IMG/VR virus record: IMGVR_UViG_3300037466_001622
Length of the DNA stretch: 64,000 nt
Origin: an uncultured virus (IMG/VR IMGVR_UViG_3300037466_001622)
Taxonomy: Duplodnaviria > Heunggongvirae > Uroviricota > Caudoviricetes
Reading direction: 5' to 3' (one strand)
Shown here piece after piece: positions 37,111 to 44,116 of this stretch; the first letter of the stretch is position 1; each line of letters starts with the position of its first letter. The notes under the pieces were generated by a model. The model made no database searches. It was not told the DNA's origin and saw only the letters and a program-made list of their open reading frames with translations. Position numbers and translations under genes: made by a program.

Positions 37111-37529
37111 CCTCCAACGTTCAGTTGCGGCTGCTCAGCCTGCTTGTTCTCCTCGCCAGAAACAGGCGGGTCGCCGTCATAAGCAACGCCGCCTTCCGTG
37201 CCGACTTCGGCCTTGACGCCGTTGCCGCCGTCCATGGCCGCCTGCAGCGCGTTAGCTTGCGCCGTGCTGTACGGCAGGCGGTAGAGCATTGCTGGATGGC
37301 CTTCCGGCTTAAGCAGCGCGTCAATGTATTGATCGACCACGATGTCGGCGCCAAGCACCTGATACTTGCCCTGCGGCGGCGTCGTAAGGCGCGGCGTGCC
37401 GCTAGGCACCCACATGGCCGCCGTGGCAGCAAGCACGAGCGCAGGCAGCACGTAAGGCGTGCGGTAAGCGAACCATGCGTAGGCACACAGTGCGAGCGCA
37501 AGCGCGAGCCAGGTTGATGCAATGGTCAT
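37107..37529 (-). CDS. Membrane-anchored protein associated with the MotA/B-like pair
   Basis: Two N-terminal TM segments, soluble domain with LYRLPYS. Confidence 0.7.
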   Translation of the reverse strand: MTIASTWLALALALCAYAWFAYRTPYVLPALVLAATAAMWVPSGTPRLTTPPQGKYQVLGADIVVDQYIDALLKPEGHPAMLYRLPYSTAQANALQAAMDGGNGVKAEVGTEGGVAYDGDPPVSGEENKQAEQPQLNVGG

Positions 37530-37720
37530 TCTTCGCGCCCCGCAACAAAGCCGCACGCAGCCGCGTTCGCCGCGAAAAGGGATGCCGCACACAGTACGAC
37601 TAGCGAGCGTGCAAAATCACCGTCGGCGAGCGCGCGCCCCGCATGTGAACCAAGGGAACCTGCTGGCACCAGATTGATTGCACACGGCACATAGAAGAAC
37701 CACCTAACGGGAAACTTCAT
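37526..37720 (-). CDS. Small membrane protein
   Basis: Hydrophobic, ATGA overlap. Confidence 0.45.
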   Translation of the reverse strand: MKFPVRWFFYVPCAINLVPAGSLGSHAGRALADGDFARSLVVLCAASLFAANAAACGFVAGREE

Positions 37721-37814
37721 TCCACTTCTCCCATCCACCAAAGGCCGAAGGCGCTGAACGAGCAGGCCGCCAAGAGGAACACCGCGAATGCGGCGCAAGC
37801 CCATGCGAAGGAGG

Positions 37815-38048
37815 TCATTTGCACGGCCCCATCTTGCTGCCGCCACAAGTCGGCTCCTTACCCGTGGACGGAATGCATGAGAAATTCGCGGAGTTGCCGC
37901 CCTCGTAAAGCCGTTGAAAATTCTGCTGCGCTGCCGTTCCTACGGCAAAGCATTCCTCAAGCGTCGGCCAGGCTGTCACCTCGATTCCGCTGCCTGCGAA
38001 ATTGGTGTGGCCAACCGTAATCCACGTAATGATGAGCACCCACTTCAC
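37815..38048 (-). CDS. Small exported protein
   Basis: MKWVLIITWI...TLEEC...FSCIP; ggagg RBS. Confidence 0.6.
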   Translation of the reverse strand: MKWVLIITWITVGHTNFAGSGIEVTAWPTLEECFAVGTAAQQNFQRLYEGGNSANFSCIPSTGKEPTCGGSKMGPCK

Positions 38049-38057
38049 GGTCCCCTC

Positions 38058-38615
38058 CTACTTGTTCGCCGAACGCAGCGGCGCATAAACCTCATTGCTG
38101 CCCGTCACATTGCCTGCCGCGTCGAGCGTGAACCGCACAACGGTGCGCTCCTGCTTCGGCTTCAGATCCATGTTGCGCGACACCAGCAACTTGCCGTTAA
38201 TGGCAATCTCTACGTGGACCGTTACGCCCTCTGCTGGAACTGAATAGGCGTGGACGTTGGCGATGTATTCTCCGGCCGGCAGTGCGCGACAAAAGACGTT
38301 CTCAGCGTTAATCGGACTGCTGTCGTTTGTCGTACCGAGATCGTCGCGCAGCAAAGCGCATACTGTTCCGTCCTTGCGACTGTAGCCGACCGGCAAGTTG
38401 TCGTCAGGCGACTTGAACCACAAATCAGCGTCTATGTTACCCTGCGGCCAAGCCGCGAACACGGCTATGTTGCCAGGAGGCGGCATAGCTTCAGGGTTGT
38501 CCTTGGCTGGCGGGTGCGCCATGAGCGCCACCGCATAGAGCGCGCCGGCAAGCAATGCACCAAGCGACAAGAGCATGTCGACAAAGGCAAAGAGCCATTT
38601 GAACTGGCCGACCAT
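38058..38615 (-). CDS. MotB/ExbD/TolR-like single-pass protein with YfaP-like periplasmic domain
   Basis: TM with Asp (AFVDMLL); W....DADLW...P...LLRDDLG...EN...GEY.ANVH.Y. Confidence 0.7.
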   Translation of the reverse strand: MVGQFKWLFAFVDMLLSLGALLAGALYAVALMAHPPAKDNPEAMPPPGNIAVFAAWPQGNIDADLWFKSPDDNLPVGYSRKDGTVCALLRDDLGTTNDSSPINAENVFCRALPAGEYIANVHAYSVPAEGVTVHVEIAINGKLLVSRNMDLKPKQERTVVRFTLDAAGNVTGSNEVYAPLRSANK

Positions 38616-39106
38616 CAGATGGCGTCCAGTTCGCGCAGCGAAAGCCGCGTGTTGATGGCCTGCGCGTTAGCTGTCGTCCACAGCGCAAGCGCCGTGCCGA
38701 TGACGGTTGCACCAAATGTCGTACTGATACCGGCAAGAACCTGCGCAGCGAACTTGGCGCCGCCCTCGGCCGTCATAAGCGAGCCAGCGCTGATGCCGTC
38801 GAAGCCAGCGATAAGTCCTTTGGCATTGCCGATGATGCCGAGCATGAACATGGCTGCGACAGCCGTCCCGATATGCTCAGCGCGGATCCTGGCGCGCTTA
38901 AGGTCGATTGCGCTTGCCGCCCTATCGATCTCTCTGGCGCGAAAGAATGCCGATGCCGTGATAGCTAGGAACAGAGCGAGGATGAACAAGCCAAAATGCG
39001 ACGAGTCAGCCCTTGCGAATTGTTGTATTGAACCATTCCACCAAGCCCATACGGCAAGGCAGGCGCCGGCAAAGTTGACGATGAACAGGCGTGCGGTGAG
39101 GGTCAT
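38615..39106 (-). CDS. MotA/TolQ/ExbB proton-channel family protein
   Basis: Four hydrophobic segments; MLGIIGNAKGLIAGF and LAGISTTFGATVIG match the last two family helices. Confidence 0.75.
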   Translation of the reverse strand: MTLTARLFIVNFAGACLAVWAWWNGSIQQFARADSSHFGLFILALFLAITASAFFRAREIDRAASAIDLKRARIRAEHIGTAVAAMFMLGIIGNAKGLIAGFDGISAGSLMTAEGGAKFAAQVLAGISTTFGATVIGTALALWTTANAQAINTRLSLRELDAI

Positions 39107-39426
39107 TTCGTCACCTTGATTCCGAGGTGGGCGCCCCAATACAGCGGCCACAAGACTGCCGCATAGGCTGCAGGAAACCCCGCGTCGAATTTGGTTGTTC
39201 CCGAGCCTATCGCTTCAATATTGGACTTCCTGCAGTTCCAATAAGCGTCCCAATCGCCGCTCATAACTTTGGGCATAACGCCGCAATCAACTACAGGTGT
39301 TGGCTCAACATAGTTCTCGTTGAACACATATCCGAACGTCAGGAATGCAGCGATCGCGTATCCAGCGGCGATTAAGCCGGCGCCTGTCGATCCAGACTTG
39401 TTGCTATCAATCGTTTCGTTGCTCAT
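39103..39426 (-). CDS. Membrane protein
   Basis: Two hydrophobic segments, AAVLWPLYW. Confidence 0.6.
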   Translation of the reverse strand: MSNETIDSNKSGSTGAGLIAAGYAIAAFLTFGYVFNENYVEPTPVVDCGVMPKVMSGDWDAYWNCRKSNIEAIGSGTTKFDAGFPAAYAAVLWPLYWGAHLGIKVTK

Positions 39427-39617
39427 TTGCCGTAACCTTTGTCAACGCATTCGTAATGAATGCTAGCCACGCCAGGAATCTTGGAAAGGATGTCCTTTGC
39501 CAACGATGCGCCCTGCAATTGGCATCGGTACTCGTTGGCCACCTCGTATCGAAGCACATCGAATGAGTAGCCCGGTGCATTCAACGTAAGCGTCATGATC
39601 AATAGCGTTTTCATCAC
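39423..39617 (-). CDS. Small exported protein
   Basis: Signal-like N-terminus, two Cys. Confidence 0.55.
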   Translation of the reverse strand: MMKTLLIMTLTLNAPGYSFDVLRYEVANEYRCQLQGASLAKDILSKIPGVASIHYECVDKGYGK

Positions 39618-40315
39618 GCCCTCCCAAGCAGGCCGCAGACCACCTTCGACGGAACGGCAAAGCCCATGCCGCCCTGCGCTGGCTGCCCCTGCGCGCTGTG
39701 CGGGTCAAATGCTCCGACCGTGATGCCGATAACGTCGCCCGTACCGTCATAGATACCGCCCCCGCTCATGCCCGAAATCACGGTCATGTCGGTGACAAAT
39801 CCAGACTTCCAGTTGGGCAAGAAAGGCCGCGGCTCGCCTGACACATAGCCATGCATCTGGATAAACTGCACGCCGACCGGGTTGCCTTCCGCCATCAGCG
39901 CCTCGCCCAACGCCGGCTCGCGGCAAGCCAGGTTGGCAGCCGTGAAGCGCCGCTCGTTGGTCGGGCGCACAGCGGCAATGTCATAGTCCTTGTTGATCCA
40001 GAGGACTTCGCCGTCTTGCTTGTCTCCTTGATCCGAGACAAGCTTGACGGTCGGCGGGCCGAACACGGCAGCCTTGCCGTCTGCGTCTCGCTCGAGAACC
40101 GGACGGATGGCACTATCCACCACATGAGCCGCCGTGATAATCACGCCGTTGCCGATATAGACGCCCGACCCAAGTCCGTTGACGAGCTCAATGCGAACTG
40201 AGGATCCTGCTGGTTTGACTTGCGATTGGACGCCGCTGGTGACGACGCCATCAACGGCGCACGCGCTTAGCGCGGTACCGGCGAGCAAAAGGGTTGCGGC
40301 AAGCATGCGGCGCAT
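39614..40315 (-). CDS. Trypsin-like serine protease, lipoprotein
   Basis: Lipobox LSAC; TAAHV, YDIA, GMSGGG triad; ggagg RBS. Confidence 0.92.
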   Translation of the reverse strand: MRRMLAATLLLAGTALSACAVDGVVTSGVQSQVKPAGSSVRIELVNGLGSGVYIGNGVIITAAHVVDSAIRPVLERDADGKAAVFGPPTVKLVSDQGDKQDGEVLWINKDYDIAAVRPTNERRFTAANLACREPALGEALMAEGNPVGVQFIQMHGYVSGEPRPFLPNWKSGFVTDMTVISGMSGGGIYDGTGDVIGITVGAFDPHSAQGQPAQGGMGFAVPSKVVCGLLGRA

Positions 40316-40377
40316 TGATGGTCCTCCGGTTGTGGTGCTGTGGTTTGATTGAACGCGGTATGCGACTCTCAACAAGC

Positions 40378-40428
40378 ACTATAGGCGTTTTCGCCTACCA
40401 AGTCAAGCAGAATATGCGAAACCGCCTA
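40378..40428 (-). promoter_or_regulatory. Promoter of accessory operon with two operators
   Basis: TTGACT-17-TATAGT; operators at 40382-40397 and 40413-40428. Confidence 0.85.
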
Positions 40429-41079
40429 AATCGCCAGCGATGGCTGAAAACCGCCATCAAATGTAGCCCATTTCTTTCTATTCTCGTCAGCCCAAAGCGG
40501 CTGCAGATTTGAAAGGGACCAACAACGCTTGAAATCTATGTGCTCTGGACTTTCATAATTGAAGATTGACTTTGGTATTATGTGATCTATTTCCCATCCG
40601 TTTTTGCCGTAATTCCCCCACGTCATTCCATCCGAGAATTGCTTTTCCAAATGCGACATGAGTTCATCAATCGTATAGCCGACCAATGACTCCCACGACC
40701 TGCCGGACTTGGATCCATTCTTAAGGCATTGATTGATGCTCGATGAGATAGACGCGTCCACTTTGGCGCGAGGTGCGGCCCTGCGAGCGGCCTCGTAATC
40801 TATCTTCCACTGGCGGTTTCTCGAAAGCCAATCATTCACCCATCCTCGCACTTTTTCGGTATTCCTGGCGGCCCAATCGGATTTTTGCTTTGCTAGTTTT
40901 TCTGGGTTGGCCTTCCGCCAAGCCGCGGCGTAGCCTGGGTTTTTGGCTTTCCAGTTTCTATGCTTTTCTCTGGCGCAAGCCTTGCATGTAAGGCTAACCC
41001 CATCGTCGCGTCGGCTATCTTTTCCGAAGTCCTCGATCGGCTTTGTGGTTTGACATTTTTTGCAACATCTTGTCTGCAC
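40426..41079 (-). CDS. HNH endonuclease
   Basis: N-terminal CKKC...CKAC; WEIDHIIP...NLQPLWADEN. Confidence 0.88.
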   Translation of the reverse strand: MQTRCCKKCQTTKPIEDFGKDSRRDDGVSLTCKACAREKHRNWKAKNPGYAAAWRKANPEKLAKQKSDWAARNTEKVRGWVNDWLSRNRQWKIDYEAARRAAPRAKVDASISSSINQCLKNGSKSGRSWESLVGYTIDELMSHLEKQFSDGMTWGNYGKNGWEIDHIIPKSIFNYESPEHIDFKRCWSLSNLQPLWADENRKKWATFDGGFQPSLAI

Positions 41080-41100
41080 GGTTGGGATCCTCCATTATAT

Positions 41101-41129
41101 TATATAGGCGAAAACGCCTACAGGATCAA
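41101..41129 (-). promoter_or_regulatory. Promoter with operator upstream of HNH gene
   Basis: TTGATC-17-TATATA; TAGGCGAAAACGCCTA at 41105-41120. Confidence 0.75.
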
Positions 41130-41142
41130 GTTTGCAGAACGC

Positions 41143-41179
41143 AAAAAAGCCCCGCTGCCGGTCAGGGCAACGGGGCTTT
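41143..41179 (-). terminator. Intrinsic terminator ending the late/lysis operon
   Basis: AAAGCCCCGcTGCC/GGCAaCGGGGCTTT stem with T-run on minus. Confidence 0.8.
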
Positions 41180-41183
41180 GAAA

Positions 41184-41489
41184 CTATTTGGAAACGCGCG
41201 GCCTCGGCGGGCCGCTATACATGGAATCAATGCGGCCGCCCAAGTGATCTACCGCACCCTTGACGCCTTGGATGGCGTCCATGATCTCTTCCTTGACCTC
41301 ACGCATTCCGGCCTTGGTGATGTAGGTCTCCGCGACGTGCAGGCGGTGGTCGGCAATCTGCGTCAACGCCTTATCAGCCTTATCTTCGGCACCCTTAACC
41401 TTGCCTTCGATGCGCCACCAGATGCCCCACAGCGCGCCGGATACCAACACGAAGAACGCAATGGCGCCCATGATCTGCTCAGGCGTCAT
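41184..41489 (-). CDS. Single-TM coiled-coil protein of the lysis cassette
   Basis: N-terminal TM, HVAETYITK, coiled coil. Confidence 0.7.
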   Translation of the reverse strand: MTPEQIMGAIAFFVLVSGALWGIWWRIEGKVKGAEDKADKALTQIADHRLHVAETYITKAGMREVKEEIMDAIQGVKGAVDHLGGRIDSMYSGPPRPRVSK

Positions 41490-41785
41490 TTCTTTGCATC
41501 TCCGCGGATAGCCGCATCGCGCTCGGCATAGAATTCTTTCAGGCCGCGCAAGCGCCGGCCGCAGTCGATCAGCGCCTTGCGGTCGGAGATCCACAACCGC
41601 TCGACATCGCCCTGCTTGAGTTCGCCTTTCGGCAGGCGCACAGGCCCAAGGCACGCCTTAACCAGCGCGCGGTCAGGCTCGCTCAGCGTAGGCGGCGGCA
41701 AGACCTTAATGGACTGAGTCGATACGCATCCCGCTGCCATTAGACAGGCAAACGCGATCGCGGTCAGGGTCAGCGTTCGCTGCAT
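41486..41785 (-). CDS. Putative o-spanin (Rz1-like lipoprotein)
   Basis: Lipobox AAGC, Pro-rich, overlaps the Rz-like gene. Confidence 0.7.
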   Translation of the reverse strand: MQRTLTLTAIAFACLMAAGCVSTQSIKVLPPPTLSEPDRALVKACLGPVRLPKGELKQGDVERLWISDRKALIDCGRRLRGLKEFYAERDAAIRGDAKK

Positions 41786-42080
41786 CTGAGAGTTCCTTGA
41801 TTTTCTGTTCCAGAGCGGCGTTGGCCGCATCCATTTCTGCGAGCCGCCGCGCTTCTGCGGCCTTGGCTAGCGCGTTGGCCTGCGCCTGGCGGCTAGCCTC
41901 TGCCGCCGTAGCCTTAGCAATGTCGGCCTCGCGCTTGTCGTACTTGGCCGACCATGTAGCAGTCGCGTGCGCCGAACCAAGATGATAGGTGTAGCCGAAT
42001 GCGCCAACGATAAGCGCGGCGAGCAAGCCGTATTTAATCAGCGAGGCGTAGCCACCCGTAACGGTGTCGAGCCAGTTCAT
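41706..42080 (-). CDS. Putative i-spanin (Rz-like)
   Basis: N-terminal TM, Ala-rich coiled coil, C-terminal Cys. Confidence 0.75.
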   Translation of the reverse strand: MNWLDTVTGGYASLIKYGLLAALIVGAFGYTYHLGSAHATATWSAKYDKREADIAKATAAEASRQAQANALAKAAEARRLAEMDAANAALEQKIKELSDAANADPDRDRVCLSNGSGMRIDSVH

Positions 42081-42174
42081 GAAGGCATCCCTCTAACGTA
42101 TCCAGAAATCACCTTGACGCACACGGCGGCGCCAAGTGCTCCGCCGAGCAACAGGCACGCGTAGCCAACCCACA

Positions 42175-42750
42175 TCATTGAAGACCCGAAACGCAAAGCT
42201 CGGCCTCCCCGATGCGCTGCGCGTCGCCCATCTCGCGGCGCTTGACGAGGCCGGCAACCATCTTGCCGCCAGCCTTGTTGAACGCCGTAGCCGCGATGCA
42301 ACTGTCGTGATATTTGCCCTGCCGACCGAACCCCGCGGCCCGCGACTTGCACGCGGCGTGCGTGCCGACGTTGTAGGAAAGCGAAATCATCATCGCGCGC
42401 CAGGACAGCGGCTTGGCGTCGTAATTGGCGATGCACCGCTCCAAGCCGGGCTTGAAGTCTTTGGTAAGGCGCTTCTGCAGGCGGGCGTCGCAGCCTGCCG
42501 GCGTCTCGACCATGCCCATGTGCACGTTTTCGGTATCGCCATCGCAGATGGTGACGACGCCTACGATGTCGCGATAGGCGCGAAGCTCTCGGCCCTCCCA
42601 CGGGCGCACTAGCGCTGTTGACGCCAGAAGCACGTCATCGGCAACCGGCGCGCCGCCAGGCAGCATTGCGTAGCCGCCGACGCATGCCGCCACGACCGCG
42701 GCAATAGCCGCCTTGCCGCGCTTGGTTGCGACAATTCTATTTATCGGCAT
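42175..42750 (-). CDS. Endolysin, GH24 lysozyme with SAR-like N-terminus
   Basis: E-x8-D-x5-T (WEG...YRD..GVVT), SYNVG, GLVKRR. Confidence 0.93.
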   Translation of the reverse strand: MPINRIVATKRGKAAIAAVVAACVGGYAMLPGGAPVADDVLLASTALVRPWEGRELRAYRDIVGVVTICDGDTENVHMGMVETPAGCDARLQKRLTKDFKPGLERCIANYDAKPLSWRAMMISLSYNVGTHAACKSRAAGFGRQGKYHDSCIAATAFNKAGGKMVAGLVKRREMGDAQRIGEAELCVSGLQ

Positions 42751-42994
42751 CTTCTGCCTCCTTGTCAGACTGCCAAACGAGGCGTGCCGCCCACGCACCG
42801 CCAAGCAGCACGAGCGTCGCCCACCACGGTAGGAAATCCATTGATGGCACTGTGTTCAGGATGATGTCGACCAGCGCCGCGAGCTCAATGAACCGCAGCG
42901 ACCAGGCGCGTTTAAGCGTATGCTCAACATCTGGAATCAGGTGCGCACGAATGCGCACCCAAGCGCGCGCGAGCGCGTCGGGTAGCAATTTCAT
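42737..42994 (-). CDS. Putative holin
   Basis: LKRAWSLR...two TM...ARLVWQ, immediately upstream of the endolysin. Confidence 0.7.
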   Translation of the reverse strand: MKLLPDALARAWVRIRAHLIPDVEHTLKRAWSLRFIELAALVDIILNTVPSMDFLPWWATLVLLGGAWAARLVWQSDKEAEDADK

Positions 42995-43012
42995 GGATTA
43001 TCCTTTTTAGGG

Positions 43013-43222
43013 CTAGCCGTATCGCAGCCGCCTCGCACAGTGCATGCCGCGGCGTTCCCACCGCGCCATCTCGCGCGCGCAGTGGTTTGGTTCTACACGC
43101 TCCATCAACCGACAGAACCGGCAATCAACGCGCCACGCAGCTATGCGAGCGCATAGCGTTTGGTTCTTGCGTCCGCCCGTCATGCGGTTTATCAAGCGGG
43201 AGATGTTGCCAAGAGTGGTCAT
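43013..43222 (-). CDS. Hypothetical phage protein
   Basis: SRLIN..TGG..NQTLCAR...EPNHC. Confidence 0.55.
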   Translation of the reverse strand: MTTLGNISRLINRMTGGRKNQTLCARIAAWRVDCRFCRLMERVEPNHCAREMARWERRGMHCARRLRYG

Positions 43223-43300
43223 GGTGTCTCTGTTGGTCTGGCGGAGTCGGCAATAACCTGTTAATGTAGTCCACTGCAGCGGCGCCACAGGGAGGCAATC

Positions 43301-44116
43301 TTGGGTTTGTTAAAGCGATTTTTGAATCAGCCCGATGCGGAAGAGGCGCTTCCGACTAAGACAATTACCATTGCTGGGCATGATGTGCAGATTTGCGGAA
43401 GCCCTACTGATGGTTACTTCGAGCACCTGCAGGGCCAGGCGAACGAAAACGCATTTTTGGAACGTGTAGTTTCAGAGAACCTAAGCAGCGATGCTACTAT
43501 TTTTGATGTCGGGGCGAATATCGGTCTCACTACCGCCATGCTTGCCAAACATGCGCCCAATGGCACGGTAACGAGCTTCGAGCCATCTCCGGTTGCCTTC
43601 CGGTACCTGAAGGGCACAGTGGCGGCGAATAACCTTAAGAACGTCAAGGTGGTGAACGTAGCTATTGGGTCTTCAGAGGGAGAGTTGCCTTTTTCGGACA
43701 ATCCGCAGTCCGCCACAGCAAGCCACCTCAACATTGATGGGTCGCTAGGCGAGACTACGCACACAGTATCCGTTCAAAGACTTGACGATATCGCACCCCA
43801 ATACGCTCCACAAAAACTCGACTTCATAAAGATAGATGTCGAGGGGCATGAAAGGGGCGTATTGGAAGGAGGAATGGCTACCATCAAGTCACGTCAGCCA
43901 CTGGTATTCATGGAGTTCAACAGCTTCACACTGCTGGCATACGGAAACCAGAATCCGCGGGCGTTCCTAGAATGCCTTCAAACGCTGTTTTCAGATATCC
44001 AATTTTACGATGCTGGTGTGGTGAAGCACATCAATACGAAGACTGAATTGCTGCACTTCATCCACACCAATCTAATCAGTCACCATTGCGTGTCTGACCT
44101 TCTTTGCATTCCTTAA
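43301..44116 (+). CDS. FkbM-family SAM-dependent methyltransferase (moron)
   Basis: FDVGANIG, SFEPSP, FIKIDVEGHE; opposite strand to late genes. Confidence 0.93.
   Translation: MGLLKRFLNQPDAEEALPTKTITIAGHDVQICGSPTDGYFEHLQGQANENAFLERVVSENLSSDATIFDVGANIGLTTAMLAKHAPNGTVTSFEPSPVAFRYLKGTVAANNLKNVKVVNVAIGSSEGELPFSDNPQSATASHLNIDGSLGETTHTVSVQRLDDIAPQYAPQKLDFIKIDVEGHERGVLEGGMATIKSRQPLVFMEFNSFTLLAYGNQNPRAFLECLQTLFSDIQFYDAGVVKHINTKTELLHFIHTNLISHHCVSDLLCIP

Noticed and set aside
38058..39106. Zorya defence system
   Set aside because: The A subunit has no long cytoplasmic tail, the B subunit has no OmpA-like domain, and there is no zorC/D/E
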